DNA from: Chiloscyllium plagiosum
Taxonomy: Eukaryota
NCBI RefSeq assembly: GCF_004010195.1
Contig: NC_057718.1
Location: 70,453,025 to 70,517,024 of the forward strand
Length of the DNA stretch: 64,000 bases
Direction: 5' to 3'
This document shows positions 1 to 12,369 of this stretch, piece after piece (within the stretch, counting starts at the first letter, position 1; the number at the start of each line of letters is the position of its first letter). Both the position numbers and the translations under genes were made by a program. The notes under the pieces are model-generated. The model was given only the letters and a program-made list of their open reading frames with translations. It was not told the origin of the DNA and did no database searches.

Positions 1-450
1 AGCACAGCATTTCCACTCCCCCTCCCACTCCACCGAGGATATGCAGGTCATTGGACTCATCCACCGCCAAACCACAATAACGCGACGGTCGGAGGAGGAG
101 CGTCTTATCTTCCGACTGGGATCCCTCCAACCGCAGGGGATGAACTTGGACTTCACCAGTTTCTTCATCCCCCCTCCCCTTGTCTCAGCCGAATCCCTCC
201 AGCCCGGCTCCGCCTTCCTGACCTGCAGTCTTCTTCTTGACCTCTCCGCCTCCATCCTACTCCGACCTATCACCCTCACCTTGACCTCTTTCCACCTATC
301 ACATTTCCAACGCCCCTCCTCCAAGTCCCTCCTCCCTACCTTTTATCTTCTCCTGCTGAACACTCTCTGCTCATTCCTGAAGAAGGGCCTGTGCCCGAAA
401 CGTCGAATCTCCTGTTCCGTGAATGCTGCCTGACCTGCTGTGCTGTTCCA
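1..450 (+). mobile_element. Penelope-like element 3' end (GIY-YIG C-terminus, pyrimidine-rich 3' UTR, pLTR with hammerhead)
   Basis: Translation HFHSPSHSTEDMQVIGLIHRQTTITRRSEEERLIFRLGSLQPQGMNLDF parallels the GIY-YIG C-terminus at 63650-63810; followed by a hammerhead motif at 373-408. Confidence 0.85.
373..408 (+). ncRNA. Minimal type I hammerhead ribozyme motif, family A, intact
   Basis: ATTC-CTGAAGA-A-GGGC-CTGT-GCCC-GAAA-CG-TC^GAAT: stem I ATTC/GAAT, core CUGANGA, stem II GGGC/GCCC, GAAA, palindromic ACGT helix III, predicted cleavage after C404. Confidence 0.85.
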
Positions 451-454
451 GCAA

Positions 455-718
455 TAAAGTTTCAGGTTTTCTCTCCCTCTCTCTCTCTCTCTCTCCAGCA
501 CTGTCCTCACCATGTGCTTCCTTTGTCTGCTCTTCTCCCTTTTAAAACTGCTGTTGTTTTGACTTTTTTTCCCAAAGTTCCAAAACAATGCAACAGCATA
601 TAAAACAGTAATTGCTGCTCCTGGAATTCGAGGAAATCACCTCCAGCACCTAAAATACCTCAAAAAAAGGAGCAGCTCTTACAGCCAGAAATTTTTCCCA
701 TCCTCCATCTTGGATTAT
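455..718 (-). repeat. Unclassified interspersed repeat (probable retroelement 5' end)
   Basis: Reverse complement aligns with 25938-26170; both begin TAATCCAAGATGGAGG. Confidence 0.7.
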
Positions 719-1089
719 CCAGAATCCAGAGCCGATAGAGTGAATATGAGATATCAGAGAGAAGGTGGTGGCACTTACCACAGTGAAACAGAAAGTTGTT
801 GACCTTCTTGCGACACTACTGAACTGCGACACCAGTCCTCCCCACCATGGAGACTGCACTGGCCTCGGACTATGCTGAAAAGTCTAGTGACATGGCCTTC
901 TTTATTAATCTCCAGGAAGAAGAGAGTGTGGCAATCTCCTGGCCAGGGCATGGTGGTCTCTTAGCCTGGTGTGGCGGTTTTCAACCGTATGGTCTCAGTG
1001 TGGACTTCCGGCCTCAAGGCAATTCCACAGCAATTCCTCCCAACCTTGAGAGCCTCGAGAGCCTGGCATAGCCTGGAGTCAAGGCCTGG

Positions 1090-1335
1090 CGTGGACTGAA
1101 GAGAAAGCGTTAACATGGACTGGATTGTGTTCCAAACCTTTTATTTCTCCATTTTCTAATTTATTCCTACGATTTGTAATGCTGGACTTTTATTTCTTTA
1201 CTTTTCTACTTTTTCCTAAGAACTTGTACTGAATAATCTGTACCTAGGTACAGATGGCCCATAAGTGGAGACTTATAAATTTTTAACTGTACTTGCTTGA
1301 GTAAATTTGACAATAAAACTAATTCAGTTCAATTC
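1090..1335 (+). repeat. Non-LTR retroelement 3' tail (Rex1/Babar-like ending), old
   Basis: Ends ...ACTGTACTTGCTTGAGTAAATTTGACAATAAA; similar to 35470-35625 (...CACTGCACTCATTTGAGTGCATGTGACAATAAA). Family assignment is tentative. Confidence 0.4.
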
Positions 1336-1706
1336 TTTCAGATACGCTTAGCAAAGTAGGCCATTTTACTTCACATCCATTTCACTGACAGAGACTGAAG
1401 AGATTATGAAGTGATAGAGAAAGGAGAATTATCTGTCTCATGACCTGATGATAAATCCATGGAACATGTTCTTGGCCTCCACCTCATGATAGAAATATTT
1501 GATATGCAACTCAACAACTAAATGAAACAGCAGCAATCTGATTTAAAGTCTGTTTTAAAAATGTACCTCAGATCAGAGATTATACACCATTGAAACCAAT
1601 TCTCAATAGGGCAATAAACACAGAGAACACTGTGTATCTGATGATTTATTAATCTTTGTGAACAAAGTAGTGATTCAAAAAATACTAAGATACAACATAC
1701 CACAAT

Positions 1707-2045
1707 GTGCCACAGTGGCTCAGTGGTTAGCACTGTTGTCTCATGGTGCCAGGGACCCAGGTTTCATTCCAGGCTTGAGTTATTGTCAGTGTGGACTTGG
1801 CATATTATAACTGTGTCTGTATGGGTTTCCTCTAAGTGTTCTGATATCCTCCCTCAGTCCAAAGATGTGTAGGTTAGGTGGATTGTCCATTCTAAATTGC
1901 CCCTCATTGTCTAGGGATGTGCAAGCCAGGTAGACAAGGGATGGGATTGATTGGGGTGCTGGGTCTGGGCGGGATGATCTTCTGTGAGTCAGTGCAGACT
2001 TCATAGTCTGAATGACCTCTTTCTGCATTGTAGGGGTTCTGAACC
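1707..2045 (+). mobile_element. tRNA-derived SINE (HE1-like), diverged
   Basis: A-box TGGCTCAGTGG, B-box-like GGTTTCATTCC, body colinear with the 9871-10173 copy. Confidence 0.85.
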
Positions 2046-2999
2046 GGTACCAAAATGTCAAGTCAGGATAAAGATATTTCATTTGGTGGCCAGATCTCTG
2101 CAAATCATTCTGTATGATATCAGCATTAACACTTGTGCTGTTTATTATCAGGAGACCAAAGAAATATTGGTGTCATCTTCGTTCCCATTGCAACTGTTGT
2201 AATATTTTCAGATGGATCTTTTCTGAAGAAGAACTGTGATATTCAACAGGTAGTTTTGAGCAATTGTTCAACTTCACTTCAGAATGGTCTAGCCATGTAA
2301 AATCCTCATAGGAAAAGGTTTTACATCTCTACACTCTCACGTACATTCATGCAACAAGTACAAGCTAATGATTTAGAAAAATTGAGAGAAAGGGAACAAC
2401 TATCAATATCATCGAAGCCAGTTGTGAAAGCATGACAAATGTGACAAATTGTACAATGGCATGCAACTTGCCATTTCTCCAGCTAGGAAAACTAGTTTGG
2501 ATTGAAGACTAAGCTGATGTGGACAAGTGGTTCAACAAGCATCACATCTGCAGTCCGACCTTCATCCAAACAGAGTATGGTACAGTACGATAGAAAATAC
2601 AAGCATTGGTTGCCATATGGAAGCATCTATCTATTCCATGAAACAGTCATCTACCCAATCTAAGCTGCCATGAATGTTGCATTCATCCATCAAATAGTGG
2701 AATGGAGTTTCAAATTCATTTCCTGCCCAGCAGAGTCTGAGGAACCACCTGCAGAGTTCAAATCCCCAATTCCCTATAAAGCAGGAGAGGGTTCATTCGG
2801 GTAGCTTCATGAATTCAACGCAGCAGTTGTCTATATCGGTAGAAGGGAGGAAAGAAGTAAACAAGATTATGTACTGCAAAGCACCAGAATTTCAAATTGT
2901 GGTTTGTTTGATCTTCATCACAAAGAAATAGGAATTAGTCTGAGGGGAGAAATGGAGTGTAACATGTTATTTGGATATTGGATTATTAAATATTAATCA

Positions 3000-4410
3000 G
3001 GTGTAGGTCTAGGCCATTCAGACCCTTTATTTCCAGATGAAGGCCTTATGCCTGAAACATCGATTTTCCTGCTCCTCGGATGCTGTGCTTTTCCAGCATG
3101 ATACTCTTGACTCTAATCTCCCGCATCTGCGGTCCTCACTTTCACCCATTTAGACCCTTTAGCCTGCTCTGCCATTCAATCAGATCATTGTTGATCTTAT
3201 TGTGGTCTCACCTCTACATTACTGCCTATCCATGAAACCTTTTACCTCTCTTGTTGGTCAAAAATCTATATTCCTGCCTTCTACCACTCTCTAAGAAAGA
3301 GATTTCCACAGATTCACAACCCTCCAGGAGAAATACGTCTTCTCATTTTCAGTTTAAATGAGAAACCCTTTATTTTTAAACTGTGTCCTCTTGTTTTAGT
3401 CTCTCCCACATGGGGAAACATTCTTTCAGCATTCATCCTCTCAAATCGCCTCAGGTTCTTGAATATTTTAATAATAGCACCTCTCAATCTTCTAAATCCC
3501 AATGGATAAAACCTCAAATTAACAATCCTTTCCTTAGTGGAAAACCTCTCATCCCAGGAATCAGTTGGCTAACTTTCTCTGAGCATATTCTGTTGTAATG
3601 ATGACCTTTCTTGAAAAAGGAGACCAAAACTTACCACAGTAGGCTAGGTGGGATCCCACGAAAGCCTCGTTCAATTGTAGCAAAACTTGCCTACATTTTA
3701 TATTCCATTCCCCTTTCAATAAGAGATAATTCCATTTGCTTTCCTAACGACTTGCTGTATGTATGAAGTAGCTTTTAGTGATTTATGTTCCATGTCACCC
3801 AGCTTTGGATGACCCCAGAGGTGGTTATACTCTCAAGATTTAAATAATATGTTGCTTTTCTATTTTTCCCACTAAAGAGGACAACTTCACATTTTCCCTC
3901 ATTGCACTCCAACTACCAATGTTCTTAACTAGTCACTTAATCTTCAAGGGCATTTTGGAAAATTAAAATCAGTACATCTATCTCAGCAGCCATTTATTTT
4001 AAAGTCCATCAAGTCTGAGGACTTGTCAACTTTTCTCAGTACCTTTTCGCCAGTGATGTATTTATTTTAAGTCCCTTCATCCCCATCACTTCATCATAGA
4101 ATGGTTACAGCACAGAATGAGGTCATGTAGCCCTTCCGTCCATACCAGCTCTCATTTAGCTAGTCCTATAACCCCCTTTTCCCTGCAGTGTAGCATGTTT
4201 TTATGTTCAAATAATTATCCAATACTCTTGAAAACCACACTTTAATCTGCCTCCAAACACTCTCACATATATTCCAGATCCCTACCAATCACTGTGGAAA
4301 AACGATTTTCCTCCTGTTGTCATTGACTTCTTTCACCTTAACGAGATGTCCTCCATTTTTGACCCTTCTACCAATAGAAACAATGTCTCCCTATTTACTC
4401 TTTCCAGACT
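3000..4410 (-). mobile_element. CR1 LINE fragments (3' ORF2 and tail), old
   Basis: Minus-strand translation RRLRGAIIKIFK..ERMFPHVGETKTRGHSLK matches the CR1 ORF2 C-terminus. Confidence 0.8.
3030..3145 (+). mobile_element. Non-coding PLE pLTR mini-insertion with decayed family A hammerhead
   Basis: CAGATGA-A-GGCC-TTAT-GCCT-GAAA-CA-TC; flanked by a 16-bp TSD CCATTCAGACCCTTTA (3014-3029) / CCATTTAGACCCTTTA (3146-3161). Confidence 0.8.
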
Positions 4411-4862
4411 TGTAATTGAAATAACTCCACAGAAGCTGGTATCTTGCCACCAAGTCACCCTTTATTAACATGTGGAGGGTCCTTGACACTCATTTAGCTC
4501 TCTCAGAGCCAACTTTCAGAGTAAGTAGGATGTCTGACACTCCTGTTCTTATCTGTAGCCAGACGTCCCTGATTGGACCAGATTAACAGACCAAATCAGA
4601 GAACCCATAATCTATGAGATCCATCTGGCTGGCTTCATTACGATTACTATTTCCTTCCCCGTCTGAGTCCAAGGACATAGGCTGATTCTTCTTTTTGTGG
4701 TAGCTCCTCTTGAGAGTTCTAGCACTAGGTTCCTCCAACTATGCCTCTGATATAGGTAGTGTTTAATGCACAGTGGCTCGTGGATTGTGCCTGCAGCATC
4801 TCAGAATAAATTCATTGTCTCCTTCAGGGTGCAAAGGCATCAAGTTGGCGACATCTGCCATG

Positions 4863-5372
4863 TCATAGAGTTATAGAGATGTACAGCATGGAAACAGACC
4901 CTTCAGTCCAACCTGTCCATGCCAACCAGATATCCCAACCCAATCTAGTCACACCTGCCAGCACCCAACCCATATCCCTCCAAACCTTCCTATTCATATA
5001 CCCATCCAAATGCCTCTTAAATGTTGCAATTGTACCAGCCTCCACCACATCCTCTGGCAGCTCATTCCATACACATACGACCCTCTGTGTGAAAAAGTTA
5101 CCCCTTAGATCTCTTTTATATCTTTCCCCTCTCACCCTAAACCTATGGCCTCTAGTTCTGGACTCTCCGACCCCAGGGAAAAGACTTTTGTCTATTTATC
5201 CTATCTACGCCCCTCATAATTTTGTAAACCTCTATAAGGTCACCCCTCAGCTTCCGACGCTCCAGGGAAAACAGCCCCAGTCTGTTCAGCCTCTCCCTAT
5301 AGCTCAAATCCTCCAACCCTGGCAACATCCTTGTCAATCTTTTCTGAACCCTTTCAAGTTTTCACAACATCT
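4863..5372 (-). mobile_element. CR1 LINE 3' end nested in Gypsy
   Basis: RMLPGLEDLSYRERLNRLGLFSLERRKLRGDLIEVYKIM...NFFTQRVVCVWNELP and CTCTATAAC/GAC tail. Confidence 0.92.
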
Positions 5373-7274
5373 TTCAGGTATCTTCAAATGCTTGATAGAG
5401 GGAGAACCCAGGGATTCTGGAATAGTTGGAAAGGCTGTCAAGGAACCAGGCATATTTTGTTCCTGCATCATTGCGAGGTTACAGTTTTCATATGTTCCAC
5501 ATGCTTATTCAGGACTGTTGCACCTATCTGAACTTTATACATCACTGGACTTAACCTCATATCAACCATGCCTCTCACCAAGGGCCATTCCTGTGATTCC
5601 AAAACCAAACTTTGTCCAGAGGTAAACTGTCTCTCTTGTATAGTGGAGTTTTGTGTCTGTTATTGGCGTTGCTGATGCTGATTCATTCTCCCCTCCAGGT
5701 CCAGTAAGATCAGATTTAACCTGGTGTGGAGTCTTGTCCCCATTAGCAACTCTGCTGGAGCTATCCTTGTAGTTGCATAATCAAAATAAGGACAGGGATA
5801 GTTAGGTACGTAGTGAAGCTATAGGTTGTTTCTTTAAGCCTGCCTTCAAAGTTCGGACTGCCCTTTCTGTCAGACTATTGGATAATGGATGGTATGGTAC
5901 AATCCTTATGCATCAAATGCCATTTGACTTTAGGTAATACTCAAATTCCCTACTGGTAAATGAGGGCTCACTTTCTGAGACCAACACTTCTGAGCGAATG
6001 TGTGTTGCAAAGTTTTCTATCAGCGTCCCCATGTTTGATGAATTAACTCTCTGCATGTCCAGCCACTTTGAGTAAGCATCCACAATCACTAAGAACATTG
6101 AGCCCATTAAAGGACTTGCATAGTTGAAGTGTAACCAAGTCCTGGATTTACAGGCCATTTCCACAAATGTTGGGGAGTGGCTGGTGGTACTTTCCATCCC
6201 TGCTAGCACTCTTGGAACTGCCACACCAAGGCAGTTATGTCTGCATCTAATCCTAGACAATGGACATAACTTCTTGCCAACATCTTCATTTTGGAAATCC
6301 CTGGAAGACACTGAAAGAGGTCAACCAGTATCTGGTGGTGACCTTTGCTTAGGACAATCACTCTTGCTCCACGTAATATGCCATTCTCTATTGTGATCTG
6401 GCCTCTTTGAGTCCAAAAATGTTTCAATTCTAGTTGTGATGGCCCTTTGGTTTCCCCTATCACTACCAACTGTTTCAGTTTTGTTAAGACCAGATCTTTC
6501 TACATCCGAGGTCTAATCTTGTCAGCTGTGACTGGAAGTGTGTACAGAAAATTTAAAAACATTACAGACTCTTCCAGTGATGGTACAACCTGTGGTGCAT
6601 CTGCCAGTGGGAGATGGCTCAATGCATCCGCATTTGCTACTTGGCCTCCCAGGCAGTATACCAACTTGTAATAATATGCACTTAGTATTATAGTCCACCA
6701 CTGAATTTGTCCTGATGCTATGGGTGGCACTGCTTTGTCCTCTTGAAGTAGACTGAGCAGGGGTTTGTGGTCTGTTATAATTTCAAATGTGCCTCTGAAA
6801 AGATATTGGTGGAACTACCTGACTCCAAATATGACCGCCAAATCTTTCTTCGTTATCTGGGCATGTTTACAGTCTGCATTAGCTAAAGTCCCAAATTCAT
6901 ACACTATTGGAAGTTCCTCTCCATTTGGCCACCAATGAATTAACACTACCCCAATGCCGTATAGAGAGGTATCACATCTCAATACCTAGTATGCCAACAC
7001 CTTAGAGAATGATAGATGTTTCTTCACTTCCCTGAAAGCTATGGCTTGGCCATGTGACCATTTCAAAAGCTGACCTTTTCAACAGTTGATGCAAAGATAC
7101 GAGGATGGAGGTTAGGTTATATTCGAACCTTCCATAGTAATTCACCAGCCCAAGGAAAGACCTAAATTCTGGTACCTCCGTGGGAGCCGGGCATCTTTGA
7201 TTGCCCTTATATTATCTTCCAACAGGTGTAACCTGGTCTCATTAACTCTGTAGCCCAAGTAGGTTACTTGTGAT

Positions 7275-7381
7275 CAAAAACAGAAATTGAGGAAAAAGTT
7301 CAGCAAGTCTGGCAGTGTTTGTGGAAAGAAATCAGAGTTAACATTTTGGGTTGAGTGACCCTTCCTCAGAAGGCTTTGATT
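7275..7381 (-). mobile_element. Non-coding mini-insertion with decayed family B hammerhead
   Basis: Minus strand CTGAGGA-A-GGGT-CACTCA-ACCC-AAAA-TG-TT-AAC; TSD TAGGTTACTTGTGAT (7260-7274) / TAGGTCACTTGCGAT (7382-7396) inside the Gypsy RT. Confidence 0.7.
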
Positions 7382-8622
7382 TAGGTCACTTGCGATGCCT
7401 GAAATGCACACTTTTTCCCTTCTAAGTCACAGGCTCACCTGGGAGAAATGTCTAAGGACTATGACCAAGCTCTCTAGGTGCTTCTTACTGGTCTTCCCTG
7501 TTATTTGCATATCATCTAATTAAACTGAGACCTGAGATAGAAATTGAAAATGTTCTCCATTATATGTTGAAAAATTGCACAGGCTGACGATACCCCAAAT
7601 GGCAGTCTCGTATATTTGTGCAATCGCTTATGGGTATTAATAGTAGCTTACTTCTGGAAATCTTCTTCTAACTGTAATTGCAAGTATGCATAGCTCCTTC
7701 CAGCTTTATTGATAGGTCCTCTATGCAAGGGATTGGGTATTTATCCAGCTGTGAAAACTGGTTTCCCGTTTGTTTCAAATCCCCACAAAGACAAACCAAC
7801 CCATTTGTAAAACTGGTGCTGCCCATTCCATCGGCTGGACTGGTTTGATGATTCTTTTGCTTTCTGGCCTTCTTGATTTCTGCGTCTACTTTTTCCAATA
7901 GGTAAATGACATTGGACAGGCCTTGCAGAATCGTGAATTGCTTGTTGGTCAACATCCAAGGTGGCCTTGATTCCTTTGATAGTCCCTGGACCTTCCTGAA
8001 AAACATTTGGATGTTTAATGAGGACTTCACTAAGGCAGCCATTTTCTAATTGAAAAATGTTGAGCCAATCTAGATGAATCTTTCTCAACCAATTCACCCC
8101 ACAAGCTTGGGCCCAAGCCTTCTACTACAGTTAGTGGTAACTGAATCAGTTGGTTTTCATAGGAGTCCCATGCCAAATTTGAACCCTTAATCTGTAAAGG
8201 TTCCCCTGTATTAGGTTCTCAGAGTAGCCGAGGGTTTGTGCAAACATAAGCGTTGGTGTATAAAGTGATTTTTGTTAAAGACTAGTTCTGCAATTACTGA
8301 AATAGCCTTGCCAATATCCACCTCCATTAAAAATGGGTGACCATTTAACCAATGTTTATTTTGATTGATTCTGATTTGAATGTTGCTAAGCAATTTGATG
8401 GTTCCAAACCAGATGGAGGTGGACTTTCCAAGATGTGCACTCTCTTGGATGCCAGCCTATGAGTGATCTTATTCAATTCAGGCTTAGCAGCACCCTTTAG
8501 CTGTCTCAAATCTGCATAACAGCAGCAACTACAATGGTTTGGCGGCCTGTATCATGAAGAATATTTTAACTATTTGGCTGAGGCTTCGCTTTGTTTTGGG
8601 CTTTTGGCTGTGGGCTGACCTA

Positions 8623-8686
8623 GACTTACTGCTTCTCGGATGCTGCCTGAACTGCTGTGCTCTTCCAGCTCCATTTATCCAGAATC
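8623..8686 (+). mobile_element. Family A pLTR fragment starting at the predicted hammerhead cleavage site
   Basis: GACTTACTGCTTCTCGGATGCTGCCTGAACTGCTGTGC...CCAGAATC matches the sequence directly 3' of GTC^ in the 37121-37250 and 62617-62746 copies. Confidence 0.7.
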
Positions 8687-9049
8687 CCTCTGATATGACC
8701 TGAGTGAGGCTATGCAATTACCTTCACTCGAGTGCTGTTCCCCAAGCTCAGCTGGACTGCCAAAGGTGTCCACTTCCATTGGAATATCCTGCAACCCATA
8801 TGCCACCCTTGCTGCATTTTTCAAAGATATAGCCAATTATAGTACCTGCTGGAAGTCCAGTTGGGTTTCAGCTAGTAGGCTCTTTTACATGGTTGCATCA
8901 TTAATCCCATATACCAGATGGTCTCTCAGCACTTTTTAAAGCATTAAACCAAGGTCACATGCCTCTGCCAGTCATCTTAACATTGTCAAAAATTCCGATA
9001 CAGATTCCCCGGTTCTTGAATTGCCAAGTAACACCAATAACATCTCAGA

Positions 9050-9825
9050 ATTAGAGTCACAGAACCCTAGTGTACTACAGCACAAAGACAGGCCCTTTGG
9101 CCCAAACTGGTCCATGCCGACCAAAACATTCATCCATCCATCCCATTTCCCTGCACTTGGCCCATATCCTTCTAAACCTTTCCTATGTATTTGTCCAAAT
9201 ACTTTTTAGATTTTCTTAAAGTACTTGCATCAACCATTTCCAATGGCAGATCATTCCATATGCATACCACCCTCTGTGGAAAAACGTTGCCCCTTAGATT
9301 CCCTTTTATTCTTTCCCCTCTAACCTTAAACTGATGTTCTCTAGTCCTTTATTTCCCAACGCTGGGAAAAAGGCTGACTGCATTCACCCTATCCATGCCT
9401 CTTATGATCTTATATAATTGTATAAGATTCCCCCCCCAATCTGTTATGCTCTAAAGGAAAATATCCTCGCTTGTTCAACTTCTCCCTAAAACTCAGAGTG
9501 TTGAGTCCTGGCAATATCCTTGTCAATTTCTTCTGCACTCTTTCCAGTTTAATAGCATCCTTCCTAGAACAAGGTGACCAAACTGAACACAATACTCCAA
9601 GTGCAGCCTCATCAACATCTTGTACAACTGCAAAATAACTTCCCAACTTCTATACTCAATGCCCTGGCTGATGAAGGCCAGTGTTACCAAAAGCCTTCTT
9701 CACTGCCCTGTCTACCTGTGACTCCACTTTCAAGAACTGTGCACCTGAACTCCAAGGTCCCTCTGTTCACTACACTCCTTAAGACCCTACTGTTCACCAT
9801 GAAACTCCTACCTTGATTTGACTTG
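9050..9825 (-). mobile_element. CR1 LINE 3' portion
   Basis: WSPCSRKDAIKLERVQKKLTRILPGL on the minus strand plus CR1-type tail. Confidence 0.9.
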
Positions 9826-9870
9826 AATTGGAAGAGGTTTGGGATCATAGCATTCCTTCATAGCGTTCCT

Positions 9871-10173
9871 GGGCGGCACGGTGGCACAGTGGTTAGCACT
9901 GCTGCCTCACAGCGCCAGAGACCCGGGTTCAATTCCCGCCTCAGGCGACTGTGTGGAGTTTGCACGTTCTCCCCGTGTATGCGTGGGTTTCCTCCGGGTG
10001 CTCCGGTTTCCTCCCACAGTCCAAAGATGTGCAGGGTTAGGTGAATTGGCCATACTAAATTGCCCGTAGTGTTAGGTAAGGGGTAAATGTAGGGGTATGG
10101 GTGGATTTCGCTTCGGCGGGTCGGTGTGGACTTGTTGGGCCGAAGGGCCTGTTTCCACACTGTAATCTAATCT
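9871..10173 (+). mobile_element. tRNA-derived SINE (HE1-like), young
   Basis: A-box TGGCACAGTGG, B-box GGTTCAATTCC, CpGs retained, CR1-like 3' end GGGCCGAAGGGCCTGTTTCCACACTGTA plus (AATCT)n tail. Confidence 0.95.
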
Positions 10174-10489
10174 TCACTAAATCCATCAACTCTTGAAAGG
10201 TTTAATTTCTTGTGCCTCAGAGAAAGTTAGGCTCCTAGTAACCAAAAGGATCCACAAGCTGTCAGGAGAATTACTTGTTGCTTTTCATCTGGCCTAATAT
10301 CATTTGCCTGGAAAGAATAATATATTCTTTCCACATACTGGACCCAGTCTTCACTGGCTGGATCGAATGAGTCAAGCTTCCCAAATTACGGCATGGTGCC
10401 CAAAATGCTTACCCCAAATCAAAGGTGATTGTTGTCAGAAAATTTCTTCAGAAAAACGCTTTACTCTGCTAGCTTTTAATTCTCTTAAA

Positions 10490-12340
10490 GGTAGAGTACA
10501 CCCACATCTTCATAACAATATTGAGACTTTGACCAGACAAAAGGAGGAGGCATGGCTCAGGTACAGGCAGCTGAGGTCAAATGAATCCACTGAAGGTATA
10601 AGGGATACAGAATTTACCGAAGAAGGAAATCAGGAGGGTGAAAAGAGGGCATGAGATAGCCTTGGCAGAGAAGATTAGGGTGAATTCAAAGAGATTCTTT
10701 AAGTATATTAAAGGAAAAATAATAACCATAGAGAAGATAGGACCCCTCTACTACCAAAGTGGATATGTATGTGTGGAACTACAGGAGATGAGTGAGGTTC
10801 TCAATGAATGTTCCTCCTCTGTTTACCATGGAGAAAGACATGAAGGCTTGGAACATGGGGAAGTTAGAGGTGATATGGACTGTCCAAGTTATCACAATAG
10901 AGGAAGTGTTGGACGCATTAGAATGTATGAAGGTGGATAAATCTCTTGGTTGTGACCAGATATACCCAAGAACCCTGCATGAAGCTAGAGAAGAAATTGG
11001 GAACTATAGACCCGTAAGCTTAATATCTGTGGTAGGTAAATTACTTGAAAAGATTTAGAGACATAAGATATACATGCATTTAGAATGACAGGGTTTGATT
11101 AGGAGTAGTCAGCATGGCTTTGTGCATGGGAGATCATGCCTCACAAATTTGTTAGCATTCTAGGAAAGTTGATGATGGCAGCACAGTAGACCTAGTCTGT
11201 GGATTTCAGTAAGGCCTTTGATAAGATTCCACGTGGTATGCTGCTCTGGAAAGAGAGATCACGTGGAATCCAGGTGGAACTGGCAAACTGGATACAAAAT
11301 TGGCTTCATGGTAGGACTTAGAAAGTAATAGTGGAAGGATGGTTGTTGGACTAGAGGCCTATAACTGGTGGAGTGCCTCAGAGGTCAGTGCTAGGTCCAT
11401 TGCTGTTTGTCATCTATATTAATGATTTGGATGAGAATATACACAGCATGATTAGTAAGTTTGCAGATGACACTAAAATAGGTGGTATTGTGGACAGAGG
11501 ACGGTTATCAAATTGCAGCAGGACTTTGATCAGCTGGGGAAGTGGACTGAGAAATGGCAAATGGAATTTAATATTGATAAGTGTGAAGTTTTGCATTTTG
11601 GAAAGTCAAATCAAGAGAGGAGTTTCATGGTGAATGGTAGCACCTTAAGGAGTATAATAGAACAGGAGGGATCTTGGAGTTCATGTGCACAGTTCTCTGG
11701 TAGGGGAGTCACAAATAGACAGGACAGTGAAGTTGGCTTTTGGCACACTGGTCTTCCATCAGGGCACTGAGTATAGAGGTTGGGAAGTTATGTTGCAGTT
11801 GTACAGGACATTGGTGAGGCTGCATTTGGAGTATTCTGTTCAATTTTGGCCACGTTCTTATGGGAAGGATGCTATTAAACTGGAAAGAGTACAGAAGAAA
11901 TTTACAAGGATGTTGCAAGTATTTAAGAGTCTGAGTTAAAGGAAGAGGTCAGACAAACTAGGACGTTTTTTCTTTAGAGTATAGGAGACAGGGGATTCTT
12001 AGATAAGTGTATAAGATCATGAGAAGTATAGATAGGGTGAACACATGCAGTATTTTTTCTCCAGGATTGGGGAAATCAGCTTAAGGTAAGAAAGGAAAGA
12101 ATAAATGGGAATCTGAGGGTCATTTTTTTTTAAACACACTGGGTGGTATGCATATGGAATGAGCTGCCAGCATAAGTGGTTGATGTGAGTCAATTAACAT
12201 TTAAAAGGCATATTGGCAAATACATGGTTAGGAAATGTTTAGAAGGCTATTGGCATAACATGGATGGACATTTTGGTCGCCATGAACCGGTTTGGGCTGA
12301 AAGGCCTGTCTCTGTGCTATAGGACTTTATGACTATGACG
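10490..12340 (+). mobile_element. CR1 LINE ORF2 (RT) to 3' tail, 5'-truncated, decayed
   Basis: [58 protein letters not shown]; tail TATGACTATGAC. Confidence 0.93.
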
Positions 12341-12369
12341 TGGAATTCAGGGAGAGCTTGACAATTCGA

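Larger units (their letters stand above)
4415..9045 (-). mobile_element. Gypsy/Ty3 LTR retrotransposon, decayed (gag remnant-PR-RT-RH-INT-3' LTR), with nested insertions
   Basis: Integrase-like WTWLHFNYASPLMGSMFLVIVDAYSKWLD; RH end ANADALSHLP; RT KYPIPCIEDL; protease-like LNGHPFLMEVDIG; 3' LTR 4415-4650 with adjacent polypurine tract, homologous to the LTR at 21177-21400. Confidence 0.9.

Noticed and set aside
1443..1470. CTGATGA motif resembling a hammerhead core
   Set aside because: No stem II or correctly placed GAAA follows.
2100..2900. Non-repetitive-looking stretch possibly containing exons
   Set aside because: No open frame with convincing splice sites or recognisable protein; may be an ancient repeat. 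Cannot be supported.
4879..5625. Longest ORF in the track (248 aa, +)
   Set aside because: Antisense read-through of a CR1 3' end and Gypsy 3' region; crosses an insertion junction; not a gene.
9871..9945. tRNA-like sequence with A and B boxes
   Set aside because: SINE head continuing into SINE body and tail; not a stand-alone tRNA gene.
9823..10160. Recurrent ORFs such as MVSTAASQRQRPGFNS / MWKQALRPNKST
   Set aside because: Translations of SINE copies, repeated at every SINE.
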